Assembly (NCBI GenBank): GCA_938008865.1
Contig: CALLJA010000433.1
Span: 1 to 16,936 of the forward strand
Direction: 5' to 3'
DNA: 16,936 nt
DNA from: an uncultured Anaerolineales bacterium
GTDB taxonomy: Bacteria > Chloroflexota > Anaerolineae > Anaerolineales > Villigracilaceae
The notes under the pieces are model-generated. The model saw nothing but the letters and a program-made list of their open reading frames with translations. It was not told where the DNA came from and searched no databases. Of the stretch, positions 1 to 8,048 are shown in pieces (the stretch's first letter is position 1; every line of letters begins with the position of its first letter). A program made the position numbers and the translations under genes.

Positions 1-374
1 GCGGCGATCTGGTCGGGCAGGTCGGCATCTGCGGCAACGGGCGGGTCGAAAACGCCCGTGGTATAGAGCCAGTCCCCGTCCACAGCGCGGCGGTAGATGC
101 AATCCAGAAAGTCGAAATGGGCGGTTTTGGCGCCCACGAGGGAAGCAGCCAGGTTGTCTTCGGCGCGGCGCGCGAGTATCGTCTCGTCGGCTGAGGCAAA
201 GCCCCACTGATAATGAATGGCCTGCGCCAGAGGCGAGAGCGTGCCCTCGGGCGGGAATCCGCTCATCAGGGTCCAGATCTCCACAGGCAGGCCCGCGCGG
301 GTCTGCTCATAGATCAAACCACCCGCCGACAGCACGGCGTCGTCCAAATGGGGGGAAACATAGATCCAACGCAT
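1..374 (-). CDS. PIG-L/LmbE-family deacetylase, N-terminal part only (gene continues past the left edge)
   Basis: Not in the ORF track because no stop codon lies in the window. Reading the reverse complement from ATG at 374..372 stays open to base 1: MRWIYVSPHLDDAVLSAGGLIYEQTRAGLPVEIWTLMSGFPPEGTLSPLAQAIHYQWGF... The N-terminal SPHxDDxxLSxGG motif is characteristic of PIG-L/LmbE zinc deacetylases. Confidence 0.7.
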   Translation of the reverse strand, partial: MRWIYVSPHLDDAVLSAGGLIYEQTRAGLPVEIWTLMSGFPPEGTLSPLAQAIHYQWGFASADETILARRAEDNLAASLVGAKTAHFDFLDCIYRRAVDGDWLYTTGVFDPPVAADADLPDQIA

Positions 375-445
375 GGCGCCATTTTTACCATAAAAATGCA
401 ATTCTCCAGCGGAAAAGTGCATGTACACTATGGACAGGAGCAGCC

Positions 446-832
446 ATGCAGGAACGACGCAAGCAGGACCGCAAGAACCTGATCGCCTATTCGCAGGTCT
501 TCGACTTGTACGGCGGGATTATGCTGGGTTACCTGGGCGACCTGACACCCTCGGGCGCGATGGTGATCGGGGAGCAGAAAGTGGCCGTCGGCACAGAGTT
601 GACCCTGCAACTGGTGGTACCCGCCCTCGAACAGGAGACGGCCCGCCGCATTTCGATCCCCGCGCGCGTGGCCTGGTGCGAACCAGACGTAAGCCCGAAC
701 TTCCACGACATCGGCTTCGAGTTCAAGGAAGTGAGCGAGGAGCATAGGAAGGTCATCGAAGCCATCATGCAGACCTACGAATTCCACCGCGAAGTGCCGA
801 AATACCCCTATCGGCCCGCGGCGAGGCGGTGA
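446..832 (+). CDS. Stand-alone PilZ-domain protein (putative c-di-GMP receptor)
   Basis: 128-aa ORF starting at ATG, preceded by AGGAG with a 5-nt spacer. The N-terminus carries RRKQDR (RRxxxR), followed about 22 residues later by DLTPSG (D-x-S/T-x-x-G). These are the two c-di-GMP-binding signatures of PilZ domains. Size fits a single PilZ beta-barrel. Confidence 0.7.
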   Translation: MQERRKQDRKNLIAYSQVFDLYGGIMLGYLGDLTPSGAMVIGEQKVAVGTELTLQLVVPALEQETARRISIPARVAWCEPDVSPNFHDIGFEFKEVSEEHRKVIEAIMQTYEFHREVPKYPYRPAARR

Positions 833-839
833 ACAGCAC

Positions 840-867
840 AGCCCGACTTTCGTCGGGCTGTTTTTTT
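840..867 (+). terminator. Rho-independent terminator after the PilZ gene
   Basis: agcccgac (840-847), loop tttc, gtcgggct (852-859), then g plus a T7 run (861-867), starting 8 nt after the TGA at 830-832. It lies between convergent genes. In the minus direction the hairpin is followed only by GUGCUGUU, so it looks mainly unidirectional. Confidence 0.75.
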
Positions 868-885
868 GCGTGACCGACTGTATTT

Positions 886-3765
886 TTATTTCTCCGCTTT
901 CGTCGACCCCTTGCTGGCGGATTTCTTCACAGTCGTCGGTTTTGTCGCCGTCGTTGCCGAAGGCTTCTTCGTCGCTGCAGGCTTCCTGACTGCCGAAGAT
1001 TTCTTGGCAGTGGTTTCTTTCTTCACCTTCGCAGGCTTTTTGACCTTTGTCGCCGTGCTGGTCTTGGCCGCGGGTTTCTTTGCGGTGGAAGTCTTCTTTC
1101 CACTTTCTTCTTTCCTCTTCGTCACGGCCTTCTTGCGCGGCTTCTTGACCTTGACTTCCTCGACGACTTCCTCTTCCTTGACGGCAAACAATTCATCATA
1201 CTTGGCCTGGACCGAATCCACGCCCGCGCCGCCCAGGGCCTGATGGACGGCGTCCCATGAGTCGCCGTCCACGAACCACCAGTCCATGAAGACGTGGCAG
1301 TGGTAAGCGGATAATTCGGCGTAGATGCCGCGTTCCCAGATCTCGGCGCACGGGCGGATGAATTCGAGGTGCGAGGTGTAATCGCGGAAGATGGCGTAGC
1401 CTTCGCGCGGCAGGCCGAGCGCTTCGCCAAGGGTCGTCTGCACGAGCTGGCCCGAGTTCTTGTCCAGCGCGGCGGCAGAGACTTTGATCCAGCCGCGGGT
1501 GTCGGCGTAGCGGTTATGGTAGATGACCAGTCCGCGCTCGTCATTGTAGCGGTTGGAGTAGGAGAAGACGTTCTCGTCTACGCCGCCGTCGGTGGCGTAG
1601 AAATCGTAGAGTTGAAAGGCCTCCACCTCGGCGAACAGGTAGCGGCGATGCAGCAGCGGGAAGATCTTCCACTCGTGGCCGCGGATCAGGCCGTCGTCGG
1701 GGGTCTCGTCCCATTTTGGCTTGCGGAATTCCATGCCGTATTTCTCATGGAAGCCTTCGATCTGTCCGTGGCCGAACATGGGCAGGCCTGGCAGCGTGGA
1801 AAGCACGGTGGCGATACCGAAATATTTGTCGCCGTTGCCGAACTGCTCGACGGCGGTCTTTTCGTCGGGGTTGTTCATAAAGTTGACGTAGCGCTTGAGG
1901 ATCTGCGGGTCGAACTCCAGCGTGTTCTTGATGGCCGAGCGGTATTTGGCGTTGTCCTCGTCGCGCAGCATGTGCATGAAGGCCGAGTTATAGACGCGGT
2001 GCATGCCCAGCGTGCGGACGAAGTACCCTTCCATCAGCCAGAAGGCTTCGGCCAGGAGCAGCGTATCGGGCACCTCAGCGGCGACACGGTCCACGACCTC
2101 GCGCCAGAATTCCTCGGGGACGGCGGCGTCGAAATCGGCTTTGGTCATGCCGTGTTCGGCGCGCGAGGGGATGGCTCCGCCCGCGCCTGGTTCGGGGAAC
2201 CACAGGCGCTGGATGTGCTTCTTGGCCAGCGTCATGGCCGCGTCGAAGCGGATGACGGGGAAGTTGCGCGCCACGTGCAGGATGGTCTGGATGACGGCCT
2301 CACGCACGTGGGCCTTGGAATAATCCAACTGGGCGGTGTCGTTCCACGGGAAGGAGGTGCCATCGTTGCCGTGATAAATGTAGCGCGTCTCGCCCGAAGA
2401 ACGGTCGTAACGCTTGAAAACCACCGACGCATCCGAGTGGTTGTAGTAATGGTCCTCGAGGATGACGCCCGCGCGGCCATCATCGGACAGGTCTTCGGAG
2501 TTGAATGTGTAGCCAGGGTAAGGCGGGTTCGGGAGCGAGAGGAACCAGTCGGGGTGGGCCATGACCCACTCCGAGTCGATGCCCATGTGGTTGGGGACCA
2601 TGTCCGCCGAGAGACGCAGGCCGCGCTGCCAGGCGCGCGAGCGCAGGTTGTTGAGCGCGTTCCAGCCGCCCAGGTCTTCGGCGATGTCGTAACTGTGCAG
2701 GGAATAGGCCGAGGCGACGGCGTCGTCCTGCCCCATGCGCTGTTTGATGCGCTGGCTGGCGCGGCTGCGCTCCCACAGGCCGATCAGCCACAGGCCCGTG
2801 AACCCGCGCTGGGCCAGCAGGTCGAGTTCCTCGTCGGGGACCTGGTCAAGGGTGTGGATCCAGCGTTCGTACTTGCGCGAAAGCTGTTCCAACCAGACGT
2901 AGGTATTCTTGGCCATCAATACCAGGCGCGGCATCCAGTCGCGGTCGGGGCTGAAGCGTTCGTACTCGGCATAATCCGCGCCGCCGTAGGTGGGGATGGG
3001 CGCTTCGGGCTTGAAGTGGCCTGGCCCCGCGTGGCGGATGACCTCCTCGCGGATGAAGTCCATGCCGCGCAGGATGCGGGTGATGAAACTCTCGCCGAGC
3101 AGGAAGCCCCACTTGTCGAGGATGAATTGCAACTGGCCTTCGAGCGAGTACGGCGAGGCCTTGGCGGGCGCGGTCAACAGGTCGAGCAGGGTCTCGCCGC
3201 CGCGCTGGGCCGACCCGCTGAAGACAGGCTGGTGCGAGAGGAAACGGCCGAGCAGGGTCAGGGCCTGGTCATAGGCGGGGGATTTGAGGGACGAATCGTC
3301 GAACAGGTCGCGATAGGGATGGATGGCGGGATTCTGGTTGTTGACGTGGACGAGCAGTACTTCCTCGACGGCGATCTGGCGGTGCGGACGTCCATCGGCG
3401 GCGCCTTCGAGATGCTGGGCCGCGCTGACGACCCCGCCCGCGACGGCCAGGGGCGGGAACTCTTCGATGAAGCGTATCAGGGTCATATCGAGCGGCTCGC
3501 CCAGGCCCGCCTGGATGTATCCCAACGCGCGTGTGAGCAGGCCCGGGTTCTGCAGCTCGTATTGGCGCAGCAGGATGCGCAGCACCTCGTCGAGCAGGGA
3601 CATGGCCTGGATATCGGAAGCAGGCACGGGGTCCGCGCGCTGGGCCGACATCTGCTCGGCAAAGCGGCGGGCGGCGGAGTAATCCTTGAAAACGGCGCGG
3701 CCATCGGGTCGGAAAAAATCCTGGTCGAACTGATACTTCTGGCGCGCAAAACGGGAAATGAGCAT
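886..3765 (-). CDS. GH13 (alpha-amylase family) glycoside hydrolase/transferase with a long N-terminal domain and a Lys-rich C-terminal tail
   Basis: 959-aa ORF starting at ATG, with GAGGT 4-5 nt upstream. GH13 conserved regions can be read in order: LSADMVPNHMG (region I, DxxxNH), PVIRFDAAMTL (region II, nucleophile Asp), LLLAEAFW (region III, acid/base Glu) and YVNFMNNPDE (region IV). The last ~99 residues are KKP/AKK-type low complexity. Confidence 0.85.
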   Translation of the reverse strand: MLISRFARQKYQFDQDFFRPDGRAVFKDYSAARRFAEQMSAQRADPVPASDIQAMSLLDEVLRILLRQYELQNPGLLTRALGYIQAGLGEPLDMTLIRFIEEFPPLAVAGGVVSAAQHLEGAADGRPHRQIAVEEVLLVHVNNQNPAIHPYRDLFDDSSLKSPAYDQALTLLGRFLSHQPVFSGSAQRGGETLLDLLTAPAKASPYSLEGQLQFILDKWGFLLGESFITRILRGMDFIREEVIRHAGPGHFKPEAPIPTYGGADYAEYERFSPDRDWMPRLVLMAKNTYVWLEQLSRKYERWIHTLDQVPDEELDLLAQRGFTGLWLIGLWERSRASQRIKQRMGQDDAVASAYSLHSYDIAEDLGGWNALNNLRSRAWQRGLRLSADMVPNHMGIDSEWVMAHPDWFLSLPNPPYPGYTFNSEDLSDDGRAGVILEDHYYNHSDASVVFKRYDRSSGETRYIYHGNDGTSFPWNDTAQLDYSKAHVREAVIQTILHVARNFPVIRFDAAMTLAKKHIQRLWFPEPGAGGAIPSRAEHGMTKADFDAAVPEEFWREVVDRVAAEVPDTLLLAEAFWLMEGYFVRTLGMHRVYNSAFMHMLRDEDNAKYRSAIKNTLEFDPQILKRYVNFMNNPDEKTAVEQFGNGDKYFGIATVLSTLPGLPMFGHGQIEGFHEKYGMEFRKPKWDETPDDGLIRGHEWKIFPLLHRRYLFAEVEAFQLYDFYATDGGVDENVFSYSNRYNDERGLVIYHNRYADTRGWIKVSAAALDKNSGQLVQTTLGEALGLPREGYAIFRDYTSHLEFIRPCAEIWERGIYAELSAYHCHVFMDWWFVDGDSWDAVHQALGGAGVDSVQAKYDELFAVKEEEVVEEVKVKKPRKKAVTKRKEESGKKTSTAKKPAAKTSTATKVKKPAKVKKETTAKKSSAVRKPAATKKPSATTATKPTTVKKSASKGSTKAEK

Positions 3766-3847
3766 GGTAACCTCAACGGATGAATTTCGGCGAAGAAAGC
3801 AGCTTACACCTTACAATCTTAATGATACCCCATTCATCGATTTCGAG

Positions 3848-3853
3848 TATACT
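3848..3853. promoter_or_regulatory. Candidate -10 element (TATACT inside the palindrome AGTATACT) in the divergent GH13/kinase intergenic region
   Basis: TATACT at 3848-3853 ends 8 nt before the kinase ATG (3862), and no Shine-Dalgarno lies between them. Because AGTATACT (3847-3854) is its own reverse complement, TATACT also reads on the minus strand toward the GH13 gene. No convincing -35 element was found for either direction. Confidence 0.3.
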
Positions 3854-3861
3854 TTCGGGCA

Positions 3862-6147
3862 ATGCCCGCCCTTGACCCACAAATGCTGACGCTGATCGGG
3901 CTGATCCTCCTGGCGGCCCTGTACATCCCCGTGCTGGTCTTTACCTTCCAACGCAGCGAAGGCCAGGAGACCAGCGGCGGGCTGGTAGCCGCCTATGCCC
4001 TGTCTGCCATGGCGCTGACGGTGGGCGAGGCGCTCTGGCGCAGCGGCCGCCTGCCGAACATGAGCGAGAGCCTGGCGCAGGAGACTGAATTGTACGTGGC
4101 CCTGGCGCTGGCCTTTGCGGCCATGCTGGCTGTGCATACCTTCATGCGTCGTCGCAACTGGTGGGTGTGGATCATTGCGGGCGTAGTGTGGATCGTGGTG
4201 CTGGTAACGCTGCTGGTGACCCTGCCCGGCATGCCCGAGGTGGTGTGGACCAACGGCCAATGGGCCATGCCGCGCGAACGGCTGGGGGTGGCCTGGGCGC
4301 TGATCGGCTGGATATTCTTCGTGGCGGCGGGCATCATCACGGTGGTACGCGCCCAACAGCAGACGCGCCAGCCGCTGCTGCGCAACCGTCTTTCCTACTG
4401 GATCGTCCTCTACAGCCTGGCGTTGATCAACGACATGTTCGTGATCGGCGGGCAGGCCCTGCCCGGCAACCCGCTGCGCCTGGGCGCGGCCGTCATCCTG
4501 GCCTACGTGGCGCTGACCCACGACATGCCCGACGTGCGCCAGATCGTGCGGCGCGTGCTGGTCTACCTCATCACCACGGTATTGATCGTGGCGATCTACA
4601 TCGCGGGCTTTCTCTTCACACAGACCGTCTTCCGCGCGGCCCCGGCCTACAACCCGCTGCTGATCGGCGCGGCCATCGCGCTGGTGCTGTCGCTGCTCTT
4701 CACGCCGTTGCTGAGCGCCGTCCGCCGCATGGTGGATGGCTGGCTGCGAGCCGACCAGTACGACCCAGGCCGCGCCCTGCACGAATACAGCGAAAGCATC
4801 AGCAACATCCTCGAAATGGACCGCCTCGCCACGGTCGCGGTCGGTATCATCATGGAAACCATGCGGGTGGAGCGCGGCTTCCTCTTCTTGGTGGACAGCG
4901 GCACGACCGCCGAAGGCCGAACGCTCTACCGCCTGCGTTCGGCCCGCAGCCAGACCGAGCGCCAGATCATGACCCTGCAGATGGACGACACGGGGGCCAT
5001 TGCCGCCTACTTCATGCGCGAACAGCGCCCCCTGCTACAATACGACCTGGACCTGCTGCCCGCCTACCGAGCCTTGACCCCGCTCGAACGGGAATGGTTC
5101 CGCCGCCTCGAAACCGAGGTGTACGTGCCGATCTTCGCCAAGCGCAAGTGGATTGGGATGCTGGCCTTCGGCGCAAAACTAAGCGGTAATCGCTACACGA
5201 ATGAAGACTTGGTCACGCTCAGCGCTCTGGCCAACCAGACCGCCGTAGCGCTCGAAAACGCCCGCCTGGTGGACAACCTGATGCGCCTCAACACCGAGCT
5301 GCGCCAGGCCCGCCGCGCGCTGGAAAAGTCGAACCGCGACCTGGAACGCCTGGACCAGACCAAATCGGATTTCATCAGCATCGCCTCGCACGAGTTGCGC
5401 ACGCCGTTGACGGTCATCAAGGGCTACACCGAGATGTTGATGGAAGACTCCAACCTCGACCCGAACTACAAGCCCATCATCAAAGGTATGCACGACGGCA
5501 CCCTGCGCCTGCACCAGATCATGGACTCGATGTTCGACATCGCGCAGATCGACTCGCGCACGATGCAGTTGAACCTGCAGCTGATCAACCTGGCAGAGAT
5601 GATCCAGGAAGTGTCCGCCGAGCAGACCAAGGTCGTCAAGGAACGCGAACAGGCCATCACCATCGACCTGCCCGTCCTGCCCTACATCAAAGTGGACCCG
5701 GGCAGCATCCGCAAGGTGCTCACCCATCTGGTCGCCAATGCGGTCAAGTTCACGCCCAACAAGGGCAGGATCATCATCACGGCGCGGCCGGTCAGCCCGA
5801 ATGCGGGCGAACTGCCCAACGGCGGCGTCGAGATCGTGGTCAGCGACACCGGCGTGGGCGTGGACCCGAACATGCGCGAGATCATCTTCTCGAAATTCTA
5901 CCAGCCGGGCCAGCTCACCAAACATTCCACCAGCAAGACGCGTTTCAAGGGCGGCGGCTCGGGGCTGGGACTGGCGCTCTCGAAGGGCATCATTGAGGCG
6001 CACGGCGGGCGCATCTGGGTGGAAAGCCCGGGCTACGACGAGGTGAATTTCCCGGGCAGCCACTTCCACGTGGTCGTGCCGCTCACCAAACGCGAGGAAA
6101 GTTCCACCATCCCGATGTCGAAGGTGATGAACGTCAAGATCGAGTAG
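3862..6147 (+). CDS. Sensor histidine kinase: multi-TM N-terminal region, GAF, HisKA, HATPase_c
   Basis: 761 aa. About eight to nine hydrophobic segments lie in the first ~290 residues. A GAF-like region follows (LEMDRLATVAVGIIMETMRVERGFLFLVD ... VYVPIFAKRKWIGMLAFG). The H-box is SIASHELRTPL (His codon 5389-5391), the N-box HLVANAVKFT, G1 VSDTGVGV, F IFSKFYQ and G2 GGSGLGLALS. The start could instead be Met8 (3883). Confidence 0.9.
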   Translation: MPALDPQMLTLIGLILLAALYIPVLVFTFQRSEGQETSGGLVAAYALSAMALTVGEALWRSGRLPNMSESLAQETELYVALALAFAAMLAVHTFMRRRNWWVWIIAGVVWIVVLVTLLVTLPGMPEVVWTNGQWAMPRERLGVAWALIGWIFFVAAGIITVVRAQQQTRQPLLRNRLSYWIVLYSLALINDMFVIGGQALPGNPLRLGAAVILAYVALTHDMPDVRQIVRRVLVYLITTVLIVAIYIAGFLFTQTVFRAAPAYNPLLIGAAIALVLSLLFTPLLSAVRRMVDGWLRADQYDPGRALHEYSESISNILEMDRLATVAVGIIMETMRVERGFLFLVDSGTTAEGRTLYRLRSARSQTERQIMTLQMDDTGAIAAYFMREQRPLLQYDLDLLPAYRALTPLEREWFRRLETEVYVPIFAKRKWIGMLAFGAKLSGNRYTNEDLVTLSALANQTAVALENARLVDNLMRLNTELRQARRALEKSNRDLERLDQTKSDFISIASHELRTPLTVIKGYTEMLMEDSNLDPNYKPIIKGMHDGTLRLHQIMDSMFDIAQIDSRTMQLNLQLINLAEMIQEVSAEQTKVVKEREQAITIDLPVLPYIKVDPGSIRKVLTHLVANAVKFTPNKGRIIITARPVSPNAGELPNGGVEIVVSDTGVGVDPNMREIIFSKFYQPGQLTKHSTSKTRFKGGGSGLGLALSKGIIEAHGGRIWVESPGYDEVNFPGSHFHVVVPLTKREESSTIPMSKVMNVKIE

Positions 6148-6173
6148 GGCCGCCCGCTGCAAAAGAGAATCAG

Positions 6174-6205
6174 AACCGCCAGCACACGCTGGCGGTTTTC
6201 TTGTG
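6174..6205. terminator. Hairpin terminator shared by the convergent kinase gene and hydrogenase operon
   Basis: aaccgccagc (6174-6183), loop acac, gctggcggtt (6188-6197), then ttcttgtg. In the minus direction the same 10-bp stem is followed by CUGAUUCUCUUUU. It sits between the stops at 6147 (+) and 6243 (-). Confidence 0.75.
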
Positions 6206-6242
6206 CAAAATTTCTTCCTTCGACCACGCAGCGCGGCCCCGC

Positions 6243-6776
6243 TCAGGGCGGTGTAAGCGGCGCAAACGCCTCGACGATCTCATCCACGGCGCGGCGGACG
6301 GGCGCGCTCAGGTCTTCCATGACCTCGTTCTGTTCGGGCTGGATTCCCAGCACGGTCACCGCGCAGCCAAATTCCATTTCGATGAACTCGGCCAGGATCG
6401 AGAGCGGCAGGCTGTGGCTGGAGGCGCTCATGCCGTCGATGGTGTTCAACTCGATCCAACGCACCGTGCCGGGCGGCTCGTCCATGTGGGCGGCATCCAG
6501 GAAGATGACCTGTTCGGGCTGGAACCTGCGCAGGGCGGCGGTGACGTTCTCGGGGGCGGGTCCGCCTTCGAGCGCGAGGAAATGGCCGCAGGGCGTCCCG
6601 CGTGCGATAATCTCGCGCACCGCCACCAGGGCGGCGGAATCGTCCCCGCGCAGGTCGTTGCCCACCCCCACCAGGCAGGTGCGCGGCGGGACATAACCGT
6701 TATTCTGATTTGGCGGGCTCGGCCTTATTTCCAGAGAACTTTGCCAGGAGGGTATCGATGTCTTCGTCGCGTCCAT
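6243..6776 (-). CDS. [NiFe]-hydrogenase maturation endopeptidase (HycI/HybD family)
   Basis: LVGVGNDLRGDDSAA matches the GxGNxxxxDDxxG N-terminal motif. VIFLDAAH and MSASSHSLPL supply the Asp and His metal ligands in the usual order. The start is placed at ATG 6776, preceded by GAGGTG with a 4-nt spacer. The track start at 6788 is a TTG. A start at GTG 6671 cannot be excluded but would remove most of the first beta-strand. Confidence 0.8.
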   Translation of the reverse strand: MDATKTSIPSWQSSLEIRPSPPNQNNGYVPPRTCLVGVGNDLRGDDSAALVAVREIIARGTPCGHFLALEGGPAPENVTAALRRFQPEQVIFLDAAHMDEPPGTVRWIELNTIDGMSASSHSLPLSILAEFIEMEFGCAVTVLGIQPEQNEVMEDLSAPVRRAVDEIVEAFAPLTPP

Positions 6777-7125
6777 ACAACACCTCAAAGGCTTCCTTGT
6801 TCAGCGCGGCCAGTTCCCAATCTTCGTTGGACATGCCCATGCACTTGAACTTGCAGGACTGGATGCACTGGCCGCAATAGGTGCAGCGGTCCACATGGTA
6901 ACGGGCCACGAACTTCTTGGCGGCGCGGTCGAGGATGACGATCTCCAGCGCGTCGGAGGGACAGTCTTTGGAGCACAGGTTGCAGCCCGTACACTTGGCG
7001 GGATCGTAGAACAGCTTGCCGCGGAAGCGGTCGGCCACTTCGGGCCGCTCGAACGGATATTGCTCCGTGACGGGTTTCTTGAAGAACGAGGTCAGCAGGT
7101 CTTTGAACATCGAGCCGATTTTCAT
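6700..7125 (-). CDS. 2x[4Fe-4S] ferredoxin-type subunit (NuoI / HycF / EchF-like)
   Basis: 141 aa starting at ATG, preceded by GGAGG with a 5-nt spacer. It has two CxxCxxCxxxCP-type motifs: CTGCNLCSKDCP and CTYCGQCIQSCK. It lies directly downstream of the NuoH-like gene. Confidence 0.85.
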   Translation of the reverse strand: MKIGSMFKDLLTSFFKKPVTEQYPFERPEVADRFRGKLFYDPAKCTGCNLCSKDCPSDALEIVILDRAAKKFVARYHVDRCTYCGQCIQSCKFKCMGMSNEDWELAALNKEAFEVLYGRDEDIDTLLAKFSGNKAEPAKSE

Positions 7126-7134
7126 GACGGCCTC

Positions 7135-8046
7135 CTATTTCAGAACGATCAGCGCCAGGATCTGCAGCAGCGCCAGGATCGCGCCCGCGCGCCACCACAT
7201 GCCCACGGTCTGGTCGATGCGCAAGCGCACGAGCACCGATTGCAGGAAGGCCATCACCAGCAGCAGGCCGAGCGTTTTGGCGAGGAAGAACAACGGATTG
7301 CCGATGCCGCCCAGGTAGAAGGCCGTCACCAGCGTCACGCCGACCACCATCTCGACCGACTTGCCGATGTGGAAGAGGGCCAGGCCGCGCCCCGAGTATT
7401 CGGTCAGCGCGCCCGCCACGATCTCGGTCTCGGCTTCGGGGGCGTCGAAGGGCGGCAGTTCCAGTTTTCCCATCAGGCCGATCAGGGCGATGACGAAACC
7501 GACGGGCTGCAGGACGATCATCCAGTGCGTCTGGGTGTAATCCACAATGCGGCTGATCTGCCACGAGTCGGCCGCCATGGCGGGACCCAGCAGGGCCAGC
7601 AGGAAGGGCGCTTCGTAGGCGAAGAGCTGGGTCAGCGTGCGGGTCGCGCCGACGATGGAGAAGCGGCTGGCGGAGTTCCAGCCCGCCAGGCCCGTACACA
7701 TGGTCAGCAGCGAGAGCAGGTAGAGCGTGACGATCAGGTCGCCCGAGAAGGAATGGGCGGGACGCAGGCCGAAGATCGGCACGTACAGCGCGGCGGTCAG
7801 CGCACCCGCCAGCGCGAGGACGGGCAGCCCGAAGAACAGGGCGCGGTTGACGCCCAGCGGCTCGATCTCCTCCTTCGAGAGCAGTTTGATCGTGTCGGCC
7901 AGCGGCTGGAACCAGCGCGGCCCGATGCGGTTCTGGAAGCGCGCCACCAGCTTGCGGTCGGCCCACTCGTACAGCATCCCGCCCAGGATCAGGCTGATCC
8001 CCGCAGGGAAGAACATAATGGAGGTAATCGCGAGGAGGGTTTCCAT
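7135..8046 (-). CDS. Membrane anchor subunit (NuoH / HycD / EchB-like)
   Basis: The track ORF (to 8241) is trimmed to ATG 8046 (METLLAITSIMFF...), 2 nt after the large-subunit TAA. The discarded 65 codons overlap the large-subunit gene. ARFQNRIGPRWFQPLADTIKLL resembles the NuoH signature (QxRxGP...ADxxKL). The protein is polytopic, 303 aa. Confidence 0.85.
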   Translation of the reverse strand: METLLAITSIMFFPAGISLILGGMLYEWADRKLVARFQNRIGPRWFQPLADTIKLLSKEEIEPLGVNRALFFGLPVLALAGALTAALYVPIFGLRPAHSFSGDLIVTLYLLSLLTMCTGLAGWNSASRFSIVGATRTLTQLFAYEAPFLLALLGPAMAADSWQISRIVDYTQTHWMIVLQPVGFVIALIGLMGKLELPPFDAPEAETEIVAGALTEYSGRGLALFHIGKSVEMVVGVTLVTAFYLGGIGNPLFFLAKTLGLLLVMAFLQSVLVRLRIDQTVGMWWRAGAILALLQILALIVLK

Positions 8047-8048
8047 GT

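Noticed and set aside
375-445. Possible divergent promoters between the PIG-L and PilZ genes (TACACT at about 425-430)
   Set aside because: I found a -10-like hexamer but no acceptable -35 at 16-18 nt spacing for either direction. This is too weak to report as a feature.
213-482. 89-aa plus-strand ORF, and the overlapping 421..747 (+) and 428..787 (-) ORFs
   Set aside because: They overlap the well-supported PIG-L N-terminus or the PilZ gene. They are Arg-rich and carry no motifs or ribosome-binding sites.
866-1243. 125-aa Phe/Val/Ala-rich plus-strand ORF that looks like a membrane protein
   Set aside because: It is the mirror image of the Lys-rich tail of the minus-strand gene (AAG/AAA codons read antisense as CTT/TTT). 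It also begins inside the terminator T-run.
1369-3783. 804-aa plus-strand ORF, with nested ORFs at 2003..2323, 2990..3274 and 3323..3682
   Set aside because: It is antisense to the GH13 gene, whose frame carries ordered catalytic motifs. The translation is Gly/Ala/Val/Arg/Asp-rich low complexity with no recognisable motif, typical of a stop-free shadow frame in GC-rich DNA.
3811-6162. Minus-strand ORFs 3811..4782 (323 aa) and 5179..6162 (327 aa), plus the plus-strand alternative-frame ORF 4161..5189
   Set aside because: All lie within the histidine kinase gene, whose frame shows every kinase box. The translations are His/Arg/Gln/Gly-rich shadow products.
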